Source: Mobula hypostoma | Lineage: Eukaryota | Reading direction: 5' to 3' | DNA length: 64,000 bases | Assembly: GCF_963921235.1 (NCBI RefSeq) | Contig: NC_086097.1 | Span: 8,804,001 to 8,868,000, forward strand | Part shown: piece by piece, positions 36,713 to 49,165 of the stretch | Layout: each line of letters opens with the position of its first letter | Position numbering within the stretch: position 1 is the first letter of the stretch | Notes under the pieces: model-generated | What the model was told of the DNA's origin: nothing | What the model saw: only the letters and a program-made list of their open reading frames with translations | Databases searched by the model: none | Position numbers and translations under genes: made by a program

Positions 36713-37574
36713 CTCCTCCCTGATGCAGTTGGGACAAATAAGAAACAGTTAAAGGCAGCTAAAGTTCTCTTTCTTTTGAATTCCCTGAAGACCCTTGCCA
36801 TTTAATTTAACATATAAAAAAAACCTGTTCATGTATTGTTGCCAATTAAAGTCAATGATTTTTCATGCTGAAGTTGACACTGAGGAAATATCCTACAGAC
36901 ATCTCACAACCAGATGATATCAGTAAAATATTAAGTCTACTCAATGAGTGGAGATATGGCTTTATGGATGAGATTGAGAAGAGAATTTTGGAACCTTGAT
37001 GTATTATGTGGAATAAAGCTCTTGACTTTTTAATTGTATTGTCATGGCCACTATGACAGACGTAATGAAATCAGGTATCTGACGAGTCTTCACTTGATTT
37101 GCTTCAAGATCTAATTAAATTTTTCATCAAACAGTCTCAAGCTTTATTGACCCAGAGGAATTAAAGGTAACACAGCCAATAACGAACAAAAACATTAATA
37201 GCAAACAAGATTTCAGTTGATATTGGCCAAATGCTAATATTTGCATTATGTCTTGTTACAGCTGGTGGCTTGGATCAGCATCTTATCTGTAAAATTTATT
37301 CCGCATAACCAATGAAGATCTCCAATTTTTCACGACATCGCTGGAATCATAGTTACATTGGGGACAATTTTCATTGCTAACTTATCATATTTGTCACGGT
37401 GTGCGCCTGCAGGAGCAGACCCACACGCAGAGGGATGGTAGAATTCCCATGAAGAGACAGAAACAAATAGTTCGGCATAGGAATACCAACAGAGCCTCAG
37501 AGGGATGACGCAGTGACACCGCAAGACAAATCATTCTCTGAAAGAGGATCTAGTGCTTTCCCGGCTTATATGAT

Positions 37575-37740
37575 GAATAAATTCTTCTTGGGGTTGCAGC
37601 CGGGTACAGGTATTGGTTTTAACCAATGTTTCAATGACAAACTGCACCATCCCTGATGAACATGGCAGAACTTGTCATGAAAATGTCGGTTATAATTGTT
37701 ATCTGTAGCTGACTGGAAGTCTGAGAAGAGTTTCTTTAAA
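37575..37740. mobile_element. Palindromic Penelope-type repeat of a second family, with hammerhead-like core
   Basis: Imperfect ~75-bp inverted arms; CTGATGA (37653-37659), stem ATGGCAG/TTGTCAT, GAAA, then TGTC. Confidence 0.6.
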
Positions 37741-38439
37741 TAATTCTCTGTAATACAGTAGGACTCTGCTAAAAAGACAAGTAGAGACCCCTTTAAATGA
37801 TCGGTCGACACTCTACAGCAAGCCGCAGAGGCTCGTAGGACCCATGATAGTATTCAAATGAGAACTACTGCACGTATTAATATCTCAGACAATCTCTTCC
37901 TCTCCAACTAAACCTCTGTTATTGAGTGAGTAGAAAGCCCGAGGCTACATTGATCCTTTGTCCCGAGTGTAGTGGGCTGATAGGACAGAGTTACAATACA
38001 ACAGCTGATTTGTTTAACTCAATAAAAAGTTCAATATTGCGACAAGCTAATTGAATAGGGAAGATGACATTTTGGCTACCAGTATCTCTATTAACTGCTC
38101 CCCCCACCCCCCACAGATTAACAGGTTAGGCATTGCTGCCACTCTAAGTATATTTTGGTTCATCTTTCTCCATTTTGATAACAGAGGCTGACTGCTATTT
38201 GTTAAGGTACCAAACTGAGAGATTGAATTGAACATATTCTGGCCTGGAGCCAATATTTGCTCATTGATAGAATTTTTCAGTGAGGACTTTACAAATTTAA
38301 ACTATGTACCGGGGCTGGATATTTCAAATAAAATTCAATTTATTAAGATATCCGTCACTTCATTGCCAACATATCCGTTCTCTGGAGGCCTTGGACAGCC
38401 TGAGACTAGAAGTATCATGGAATAAATTGAAGAGGAGGA

Positions 38440-38835
38440 GGTATCTCACATCAGGGAGGAGGCTACATAGCACCCATACCAGGAACACCAGACTCAAAAG
38501 TATTTACTTTTCCCAAGCCAAAGAGGCCTTTCAACACCTCCAACTCTAACCCACGTCCCCACACCCCCAACCATCACTACATTATCATTTCCCGTCAGAG
38601 TCACCTTATGTACGGAAACTCCTGTGCCTAGCGTCACTTCATGGATGTACTATTAATCTATGTGCGTATACAAGCTATATTATCCATTTATATTTATTGC
38701 GGTTTTTTTTATAAAATGTTTTTGTGTTCTTTATCTTATTGTGTTTTTTCTTGTGCTGCACCAGATCCGGGGCAACAGTTATTCCATTCTCTTTTACACC
38801 TGTGTGCTGGAAATAACACTAAACAATATTGAATC
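38440..38835 (+). mobile_element. Rex1-type 3' end
   Basis: SGRRLHSTHTRNTRLKSIYFSQA; related to 49580-49960. Confidence 0.7.
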
Positions 38836-39599
38836 TTGTATACTCTTCAGGTTGTTCAATGATGTTTGTGAACCAGTGCAGCATGCAAGATGTCTGATGT
38901 CCACAAAACTAAATAGCCTTTAAGAGCTCATAGCTGACTTTGGTTAAACTGCAATACAAATTATTGTTATAAACCTGTGCCTGAATACAGGAAAGAAGAA
39001 TAGATTAAGTAATTTGGGGGTGTTGGAGAATTCAGTGATAACCTGTTTGTTCTTATTAGTGTGTTAAGTGTTGACGTTGAATGAAATAGGCGAGCATACT
39101 GATATGCTCGGAGTGAGATTTTCAAACACTCTTTGATTGTTACCTTGAACAGGAATAATAAGATGTCTTCTTGCAATGCCTTTCATAGTGAATATTTTCC
39201 CATTACAGCACAAGTCTGGAATCTCCAAGATTTGAATCCAGTGAAAGAGGTGTGAATACCACATGCCTGATGCCAGAGATACCAGTCACAAACTGTTCAG
39301 CCTAAACCAATACAAGTTTCTTGAGGGTGTTTGCAGCTCATCTACCGAGGTGACAGGCAAATATCCCACCACAATCATACATCTTTGAGAGGACATCTGA
39401 CAAATTATTCGTCCACAAAGCACAGAAACCATGATATTAGAATGATACCAATTGTTTAGATACAAAGAACCATCTTGCACAGGCGTCTGCACGTACCATA
39501 TCGGTAAGTGTTTTGGCCAACCTTACTTGCAAAGATGTAGAGCAGGCACACTTTGTAGTACGTTTCAATACAATGCTGCTTTCACAGCAATGCTGTGGA

Positions 39600-41108
39600 A
39601 GTATTCTAAAGGAAAGATAACATAACTGTGGCTAACAAGAAATCAAAGTCAACATTAAAGCTAAACAGCAGGCATATAATAGAGCAAAAAGTAGTGGGAA
39701 TTTAGATTATTCAGAAGCTTTTAAAAACCAGCTGGAGGTAACTAAAAAAGTCATTAAGCAGGTAAAGATGGAATACAAAATATTCGAGCCAATAATATTA
39801 AAGAGGATAACAAAAGTTTCTTCAGATACGTAAAAGTGTAAAGGAGAGGCGAGAGTGGATTCTGGATCGCTGGAAAACAATGCTGGAGAGGTAGTAATGG
39901 GGGACAAAGAAATGGCAGACAAACTGAATAAATTATTTTGCATCAGTCTTCCCTGCAGAAGACACTGGCAGTGTGGTGGAAGTCCCAGGTGTCAGGGGGC
40001 ATGAAGTGAGTGAAGGAGGATCTCGAGAAACTGAAAGGTATGAAGGTAGATAAGTCACCTCGACCAGATAGTGTACAACCCAGAGTTCTGAAGGAGGTGG
40101 CTGAAGAAATCATGGAGGCATTAGTAATGATCTTCCAAGAATCTCTAGATTCTGGAATAGTTCCGGAAGACTGGAAAATTGCAAATGTCACTCCAAAAGG
40201 GGAGAGGCAGAAGAAAGGAAACTATAGACCAGTAAGTCTGTCCTCAGTGGTTGGTGAAATTTTGGAGTTGATTATTAAGAATGATGTCTCAGAGTTTATT
40301 ATGGCTTCCTCAAGGAAAAATCTTGCCTGAAACATCCGTTGGAAATCATTGAAGAGATAACAAGTAGGATAGATAAAGTAGAATTGTTTGATGTTGTGTT
40401 CCTGTATTTTCAGAAGGCCTTTGACAAGGTGACACACATGAAGCTGCTTAACAAGCTACGAGCCCGTGGTATTACAGGAAAGATTCTAGCATGGATACAG
40501 TAGTGGCTGATTGCCAGGAGGCAAAGAGTGGGAATGACGGGAGGCTTTTCTGGTTGGCTGTATTCCACGGGGGTCTGTGTTGGGACCAATTCTTTTTATG
40601 TCATATGTCAATGATTTGCATGATGGTATTGACAGCTTTGTTGCAAAGTTTACAGATGATATGAAGATAGTTGGAGGGTCAGGTAATTCTGAGGAAATAG
40701 AGAGGGTAGAGAAAGACATAGACAGATTAAGAGAATGGGAAAAGAAATGGAAGATGGAATACAGTGTCAGGAAGTGTATGGTCATGCGCATTGTTAGAAG
40801 AAATAAAAAAGAGTTGACTATTTTCTTAGTGCGAAATACAAAAAAGAGGTGCAGAGGGACTTGGCAGGATTGTGCAGGATCCCCTAAATGTCAATTGACG
40901 GGTTGAGTCTGTTGTGAGGAAGGCAAATACAATGTTCGCATTCATTTCAAGATGACTAGAATATAAAAGCAAGGATGTAATGTTGAGCATTCATAAAACA
41001 CTGGTGACGTCTCACTTGGAGTATTGTGTGCAGTTTTGGGCCTCTTATCTGAGAAAGGATGCACTGAAACTGGAGAGGGTTCAAAGGATGTTCACGAAAA
41101 TGATTCCA
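39600..41108 (+). mobile_element. Degenerate CR1 ORF2 fragment lacking its 3' end
   Basis: ORFs 40010-40330 and 40577-40906 with GNYRPVSL and KFTDD. Confidence 0.85.
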
Positions 41109-42719
41109 GGATTCATCTGTGTGAATCTCCTCTGAACACTCACCAATGCCAGCATATCTTTTCTAAGATGAGAGCAAAACTGTTCACAATACTCAAGGTG
41201 AAGCCTCACCAGTACCTCATAAAGCCTTAGCATCACATCCCTGCTCTTGTATTCTAGACATCTCACAATGAATGCTAATATTGCATTTGCCTTCCTCATC
41301 ACAGACTCTACCTGGAAGTTAACCTATAGGGTATTCTGTACAAGGTCTCCATAGTCCCTTCGCATCTCAGTGTTTTGGATTTTCTCCCCATTGAGTAAAT
41401 AGCCTGCACATATATTTCTTCTACTAAAGTGCATGACCATGCATTTTCCAACATTGTACTTCATTTGCCACTTTCTTGCCCATTTTTCTAATCTGTCTAA
41501 GTCCTTCAGCAGCTTTCCTGTTTCCTCAATACCACCTGCCCCTCCACCAATCTTCATATCATCTTCATATTTGGCAACAAAGCCATCTATTCCATCATCT
41601 AAATCATTGATGTACAGCATAAAAAGAAGCGGTCCCAACACCGACCCCTGCGGAACACCACTAGTCACTGGCTGCCAACCAGACAAGGATCCTTTTATTT
41701 CCACTTGCTGCCTTCTTCCAATCAGTAATGATCTAACCATGTCAGTAACTTTCCTATAATACCATGGGCTCTTAACTTCGTAAGCAGCCTCATGTATGGC
41801 ACCTCGTCAAATGCATTCTGAAAGTTCAAATATACAACATCCACTACATTCCCTTCATCTACCCTACTTGTAATCTCCTTAAAGAATTCCAACAGGAACA
41901 TCAAGCAAGATTTTCCGTTAACGAAGCCATGCTGACTTTGTCCTATCTTGTTCTGTGTCATCAAGTACTCCATAACCTTATCTTTAACAATTGGCTCCAA
42001 GATCTTCCCAACCACTGAGGTCAGGCTAACTGGTCTAGAATTTCCTTTCTTCCGCCTTCCACCTTTCTTAAAGAGTCGAGTCACAGTTGTAATTTTCCAG
42101 TCCCCTGGCACCATACCAGAGTCAAATGATTTTGGAGTATCACAATCTCTACTGCTATCTCTTTCAGAACCCTAGGGTGCAGTTTAACTGCACTCGCTTC
42201 TCTTCCCTCACACCCTTCAACATCTGGCACACTGCTGGTGTCTTTCACAATGAAGACTAATGCAAAATACTCAGTTAGTTCATCTGCCATCTCCTTGCCC
42301 CCCCATTATTATTTCTCCAGCCTCGTTTTCTAGCGGTCTTTTATCCACACTCATCTCCCTTTTATTTTTTAAATACTTGAAAACGCTTTTACTATTCTCT
42401 AATATTTTTTGCTAGCTTGTTTTCATATTTAATCTTTTCCCTCCTAATGATTCTTTTAGTTGCTCGCTGTAGGGTTTTAAAAGTTTCCCAATCCTCTGTC
42501 TTCACACTAATTTTTGCTTTGTTGTATGCCCTCTCTTTTGCTGTTGCATTAGCTTTGATCTCCCTTGTCAGTCACAGTTGTACTATTTTGCCAATTGAAT
42601 ACATCTTTGTTTTTGGAAGATGTATATATTTCCCAAAAACCCATGCCATGGCTGCTCTGCTGCCATCCCTTCCAGCATCTCCTTCCAATTTACTTTGACC
42701 AACTCCTCTCTCATATCTT

Positions 42720-43279
42720 TCATCATCATCATCAGGTGCTGTGCCCAGTTTGAGCTTTGACTGCCATGGCCCACACCCTCCTGTTTCAGGTCAAGTGGAT
42801 CAATTCATTGGTATTCATTTCCAGTTCTCTGGCTGCGGTCTCCATCATCATTTGTCTTTGTCTTCCTCTTGTTTTCTTCCCTTCAATCTTTCCCATAATT
42901 ACCGTGCATTCTAACTCCTCTTTCCTAATCACATGTCCAATGAAGTTATGTTGCCTTTTCATGATCTCATACATTATTTCTCTTTTTGTGTTTGCTCTGT
43001 TCATGACATCCTCGTTAGATATTTGTTTCATCCATGATATTCTTTCCATCCTCCTCAAAAACCACATCTCTGCTGCTTCAATTTGATTCTTCATGTTACT
43101 AGATATTGTCCAACATTCTGAGCTATATAACATAACTGGATAAACATAACATTTCAGTACTCTGAGATGGGTTGTCATGCCTAGTTTAGCATTGGTCAGT
43201 ATACTCTTCATTCTCGTAAAGGTGTCTTTTGTCATCCCTATTCTTTTGATGTCCATGTCACACCTGCCATCCGATGTCA
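42720..43279 (-). mobile_element. RTE-clade LINE 3' fragment
   Basis: LKCYVYPVMLYSSECWT..EAAEMWFLRRM..GKIEGKKTRGRQR; (ATG)n tail. Confidence 0.85.
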
Positions 43280-43384
43280 CCCCACTTCCTCAGACCTTTA
43301 CTCCACTGAAATACTGCTATGTCACTCTTTCCTTTCTCCCTATCGAATTTCAAGTAGAACTCAATCATATTCTGATCACTGTCT

Positions 43385-43443
43385 GTCTGTCTGTATCTTG
43401 TTTTACGGCGGTTGGCATCCAGCTTAATGGTGCATTACCGCCA
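43385..43443 (-). mobile_element. 59-bp retroposed 3' end (probably I/Nimb-type LINE)
   Basis: 19-bp TSD CATATTCTGATCACTGTCT at 43366-43384 and 43444-43462; stem-loop plus (ACAG)n tail. Confidence 0.7.
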
Positions 43444-44044
43444 CATATTCTGATCACTGTCTCCTAAGGGTTCTTTTACCTTCAGCTCCCAAATCACCTC
43501 TGGTTCTTTACATAACACCCAATACATTACAGCTGATACCCATTAGGCTCAATGACAAATGCCATAAAAAGCCATCACATGGGCATTCAGCAAACTTACT
43601 CGCCTGAGATCCATTACCAACCTAATTTTCCCAGTCGACTTCCATGTTGAAATCTCCCATGACCATCTTGACATTGCTCTTTTGACACACCTTTTCTATT
43701 TCCCAGTGTAATGTGTGGTCCACATCCCAGCTACCGTTGGGAGGCTTGTAGTTAACTGCCAACAGGGTTCTTTTACCCTTGCAGTTTCTTCACTCAACCC
43801 ACAAGCATTCAACATCTTCCTATCCTATGTCACATCTTTCTACTGATTTAATACCATTCTTTACCAACAGAGTCACACCAACCCCTCTGTCTAACTTCCT
43901 ATTCCTCCAATACAATGTGTAACCTTGGACATTCAGCTCCCAATTACAACCATCCTTCAGCCACGATTCAGTGATGGCCATAACATCATACCTGACAATC
44001 TGTAATAGTCCAACAAGATCATCCACCTTATTTCTTATACTTCA

Positions 44045-44385
44045 TGCTGATAGTGGATGTGGAGAGAATGTTTCCCATGGTGGGAGTGTCCAAGGACATA
44101 ACCTTGGAATGGAGGGGCATCCTTTTAGAACGGAGGAATTTCTTCAGTCAGAAAGTGGTAAATCAGTGGAATTCTTTGCCCCAAGCAACTGTGGAGGCCA
44201 AGTGTTTATGTATACTTAAGGCAGAAGTTGGTAGATGCTTATTGGTTGGTGCATGAAGGGTTATGGGGAGAAGACAGGAGTTTGAGGCTGAGAGGATAAT
44301 TGGAGCAGCCATGATGAAATGGTGGAGCCGATTTGATGGGCCAAAAGGCCTGATTTTGTTGCTATATCTGATGGTCTTATGGAAA
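44045..44385 (+). mobile_element. CR1 3' fragment
   Basis: VDVERMFPMVG..RRNFFSQKVVNQWNSLPQ plus 3' UTR. Confidence 0.8.
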
Positions 44386-44700
44386 CTGAACCTCACTGAG
44401 GAAACTGGAGCTTGCTGATGACACGGACACTCACACTTCAGGACCATATGTAACGAGGATTCAGTGATGGCCCAAGAGCAGAGGGATCAATGCAGACACA
44501 GAATAACCAGTCCACTGGGCTTTAATAGGTACTGTACTGAACTAGGCCAACAGATCTGCTACTAAAAACTCTCAAGTAATTAAAAACTAACACCATCACT
44601 GTGGACCAAAAGCAGTCTTTGAGAACTAAATTAGATCTTTAAAAATGTCTATCTAAATCACTTATTTAGATAGATAAATAATATCTGGAAAGTAGACTAA

Positions 44701-45552
44701 GGCTTCGTCCACACTAGGCCAGATAATTTTGAAAATGACAGGCATCCACACTTGGCGTTTTTGAAAATACCTCTGTCTACATTAAAACGGATATTTGGGC
44801 AAATCTCCTCCTACTGGGCATGCGCAGGACACACAGAAAACAAGCAAAAAGGAAACAATATACCTGTGCGCGTTTGTCCAGTTACAGACTAGAAAAACTT
44901 AAAAGGAAATTGCCAAACGAAAGACTTGGTGCGTGTTTGTTCAGAAACATTTCCTACAGCCATAGTCTCTTCACCGATGAAAGGGATGGCAGCTACAACT
45001 AAGTGCAATAAGGCTGGTTGCTGGGCAAAAGTGAAATTTGCTGTTACCTCATTTGTTTGCCTTTATTTTGCCATGTCTTTGTGTACTTTGCTGTATTTAA
45101 CATGTACAATAAAACGAGTTACTGGGCAAAAGTGACAATTGCATCTATTGAATGTTTGCACAAGCAATACATTAATAAAGCACCTTGTTAAATGTATAAA
45201 ACATGTCTGCATCAGTGTTACTGTATCTTGTATTTCCATACAATGTTACATTAGGCTGTTACACATCTATTGTCAGATATTGTTGTGGTGTTGAAGGTTG
45301 CGTTCAAGGAAACAATGAAATGCCGCGCTATCGCCACCATTTGTTCCGGCATGACAGCGGTTTTAAAACTACCGGTTACCCTGTACAGACTACGCCGGAT
45401 ATTAGGCATTTCCAGATTTATTCACTCTGGAGAGCATTTCTGAAAAGCTCCATTTTTGGGGGAGGAAAACGCCATTTCAATGTGGACGGAGGGTCAAAAC
45501 GAAGAGAAAAAGCCTCCGTTACGGATTTATCCGGTCTGGTGTGGGCGTACCC
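44701..45552. mobile_element. Non-autonomous PIF/Harbinger DNA transposon
   Basis: TIRs GGCTTCGTCCACACTAGGCCAGATAA and TTATCCGGTCTGGTGTGGGCGTACCC; TAA on both flanks (44698-44700, 45553-45555). Confidence 0.8.
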
Positions 45553-45778
45553 TAAGAATAGCAGGAATGTTGTCATCACTGTGCTTCAATCAAGACTTGA
45601 CAAGACTGAAACAAAAGGAATAGAGTTAAATACAATTACAAAGAAATCCCAATTGACTGGTAAGTGCGCATTCTCACATGCAAAATTGCCGTCTTCTTTC
45701 AGCTGCCCACCTGTGAGAGCACGCTGATTCCATGGCATTGGTGGCGACACAAGAAAATGAATCTCAGGGTTATATGGG

Positions 45779-45823
45779 ACACACACACGCACAAACACAC
45801 ACACACACACTCTCTCTCTCTCT
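45779..45823. repeat. Compound (CA)n(CT)n microsatellite
   Basis: Directly visible. Confidence 0.9.
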
Positions 45824-46584
45824 CACCCACAACCTCAAGATTTTGCGGTGAACAATATCCATTCTAGATCTTCTGAAGCCAACGTGGGGTAGCTTGCAAT
45901 CTGCAGCAAAACAGCAGGTCCAGGAGATCACAGGTGGTGAATGCTCCAGTCACTTCTGTCAATCTTGACAGAGAGCACCAGGTAGCAAGACTACACAGAT
46001 TTGCCCAGATTCTGAACCTCCCACAGCTCAGAATTAACTCCACTGTGGATGGTCTCAAACCCAGCTGCGAAAGAAGGAGTGTTGGGCATGAGACTAGCAA
46101 CCCCATCTCATTAAAAACCCAGAATCAGATGCAGAATGAGGTTTAATACCACCGGCCTATATTGTGATTTTTCCTTTATTTTTGCAGCAACAGTATATTT
46201 CAATAGATAATTTTAAAAAACAGTCAATTACAGTCCATATTTAATGGTAAATTAATTGATAGTTATATTTATATCCTGTAAGATTTGATTCTTTTTCCAA
46301 TACTTTTCTTTAGATGGAGCATTTAAGAAATTATAAAGCCCTTTTAAACAAAAATCATTATCCTTTGATTGTGCTTCTCATCTTTAAGCAACCTTTTGCA
46401 GTTTCAGGTGGAATCTAGAATTCTTATTTTAGTTAAGATTACTTAATTTTTTGCTGAAGCCCCAAAACCAAATATAGTGTTAAATAATGCGCACGGCAGC
46501 ATAGCGGTTAGCACAGTACTATTACAGCTCATGGCGTCGGAGTTCAATGTTCAATTTGTTCATTAATTAATTTATTTATTCCAG

Positions 46585-46965
46585 GACATCTTCAAGGAGC
46601 AGTGTCTTAGAAAGGCAGCGACCATTATTAAGGACCTTCAGCACCTAGGGCATGCCCTTTTCTCACTGTTACCATCAGGTAGGAGGTACAGAAGCCTGAA
46701 AGCACACACTCAGCGATTCAAGAACAGTTTCTTCCCCTCCGCCATGCGATTCTCGTTAAACCCATGAACACTACCTCACTTTTAAAATATATATTATTTG
46801 TTTTAGCACCATTTTGAATCTATTTTATATACATATACTGTAATTGATTTGCTTATTTATTTATTATATTTTGTTTTTTTTCTATATTATGTATTGCATT
46901 GAACTGCTGCTGCTAAGTTAATAAATGTCACGACATATGCCAGTGATAATAAACCTGATTCTGAT
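46585..46965 (+). mobile_element. Rex1-type 3' end
   Basis: KAATIIKDLQHLGHALFSLLPSGRRYRSLKAHTQRFKNSFFP; AATAAACCTGATTCTGA tail. Confidence 0.8.
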
Positions 46966-46979
46966 ATTGTGTTTCAGTA

Positions 46980-47242
46980 TGGAATAGCCCCTTCTGATAC
47001 TTCAAGCCACACTGCCTAGCAATCCCCAGGTTAATCCTAGCCCAATCACAGAGCAATTTACAATAATCAATTAATCTACTAACCGGATTGTCTTTGGACT
47101 GTGGGAGGAAACCGGAGTATCTGGAGGAAACCTACATGATCATGTGGAGAACATACAAACTCCTTACATGCAGCAGCAGGAATATAACCTGGGTCTCCAA
47201 CACTGTAAAACATTGTGCTAACCATTATATTACCATGCCATC
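46980..47242 (-). mobile_element. V-SINE/HE1-like SINE
   Basis: TGTCTTTGGACTGTGGGAGGAAACCGGAGTATCTGGAGGAAACC core, with a tRNA-like head on the reverse strand. Confidence 0.65.
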
Positions 47243-47251
47243 CTAATAGTA

Positions 47252-48180
47252 ATAGTCATAGTCATTCTTTATTGATCCCAGGGGAAAATGGTTTTTGTTA
47301 CAGTTGCACCATAAATAATTAAATAGTAATAAAACCATAAATAGTTAAATAGTAATATGTAAATTATGCCAGGAAATAGGTCCAGGAACAGCCTATTGGC
47401 TCAGGGTGTCTGACCCTCCAAGGGTGGAGTTGTAAAGTTTGATGGCCACAGGCGGGAATGACCTCCTATGATGCTCTGTGTTGCATCTCAGTGGAATGAG
47501 TCTCTGGCTGAATGTACTCCTGTGCCCACCCAGTACATTATGTAGTGGATGGGAGACATTGTCCAAGATGGCATGCAACTTGAACAGCATCCTCTTTTCA
47601 GACACCACCGTCAGAGAGTCCAGTTCCATCCCTACAATATCACTGGCCTTACAAATGAGTTTGTTGATTCTGTTGGTGTCTGCTACCCTCAGCCTGCTTC
47701 CCCAGCACACAACAGCAAACATGATCACACTGGCCACCACAGACTCATAAAACATCCTCAGCATCATCCGGCAGATGTTAAAGGACCTCAGTCTCCTCAG
47801 GAAATAGAGATGGCTCTGACGCTTCTTGTAGACAGCCTCAGTGTTGTTTGACCAGTCCAGTTTATTGTCAATTTGTATCCCCAGGTATTTGTAATCTTCT
47901 ACCATGTCCACACTGACCCCTTGGATGGAAACAGGGGTCACCGGTACCTTAGCTCTCCTCAGGTCTACCATCAGCTCCTTAGTCATTTTCACATTAAGCT
48001 GCAGATAATTCTGCTCACACCATGTGACAAAGTTTCCTACCATAGCCCTATTGTCAGCCTCATCTCCCTTGCTGATGCATCCAATTATGGCAGAGTCATC
48101 AGAAAACTTCTGAAGATGACAAGACTCTGTGCAGTACTTGAAGTCCGAGGTGTAAATGGTGAAGAGAAAGGGAGACAAGA
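47252..48180 (-). mobile_element. Rex1 LINE, 5'-truncated (ORF 47393-48178, 261 aa)
   Basis: SPFLFTIYTSDF..LQKFSDDSAIIG..YKYLG..GGSDTLSQ*; (TATGAC)n tail. Confidence 0.92.
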
Positions 48181-48409
48181 CAATGAATATAACTATTCAT
48201 TGTATCAAACTAGTATGTTAAATGTTATATCCAAAGCTATATTGTGTACAGTATACAATTCTGGCATCCTCTGTAAGCAGTCTCTGTATATTTTCCTGAT
48301 GGAATGCATAGGTTTTCCCCGGGTGCTCCAGTTTCCTCACTCAGTCCAGAGACCAAGTGTTTAGGTTAATTTTTCGGTGTAAATTGTCCCATAATTAGAT
48401 TGGCATTAA

Positions 48410-49165
48410 TCAGAATCAGGTATAATATCACCGGCATGTGTCATGAAACTTGTAAACATTGCAGCAACAGTACAATGCAATACATGATAAATATAGAAAA
48501 ACAACTGAATTACAGTAAGCATATGTATGTTAAACAGATAAATTAAGGTAAGTAGTGCAAAAGCAAATTTTTAAATAGGTTCTGCGGTAGTGTTCATGGG
48601 TTCAATGTCCATTTCAAAATTGAATGGCAGAGTGGAAGAAGCTGTTCCTGAATTGCTAAGTGTGTGCCTTCATGATTCTGTACCTCATTCCTGATGGTAA
48701 CAATGAGAAGGACGCATGTTCTGGGAAGTAGGGGTCGTTGGTGATGGGTGCCGCTTTTCTGAGCCACCGCTCCTTGAATGTGTCTTGGATGCTACAGAGG
48801 TTAGTGCCCGTGATGGAGCTGCCTGATTTTACAGCACTCTGCAGCTTCCATCATCAAAGATCCTTACCAAGAAGATCATCCTCCCTTCGTACTGCTACCG
48901 TTAGGTAGAAGGTACAGGAGCCTTAGGCCTCGCACCACCAGCTTCAAGAACAGTTCCGACCCCTCAACCATCAGGCTCTTGAACAAAAGGGGATAACTAC
49001 ACTCTTTCTACTTCCGGTGTTCCCACAACTGATGGTCTCACTTTAAGGACTCAGTTTGTTGTCTGTGATCCTGTTTACAGTGAATGTTCTATAGAATTGC
49101 TAAGTATGCCTGCAGAAAATGAATCTCAGGGCTTTGTGTGGTAATATGTATGTACTCTGATATAA
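48410..49165. mobile_element. Two opposed Rex1-type 3' fragments
   Basis: Minus copy at about 48410-48848 and plus copy at about 48849-49165, each with GRRYRSL-type coding end and tail. Confidence 0.65.

Larger units (their letters stand above)
41109..44043 (-). mobile_element. Degenerate CR1 ORF2 (APE to RT) lacking its 3' end
   Basis: ORFs 43820-44026 (YDVMAITESWL), 41722-42114, 41324-41740, 41081-41302. Confidence 0.85.

Noticed and set aside
45203..45727. 174-aa ORF as a Harbinger protein
   Set aside because: No DDE or Myb-like motif, and it runs through the TIR into flanking DNA
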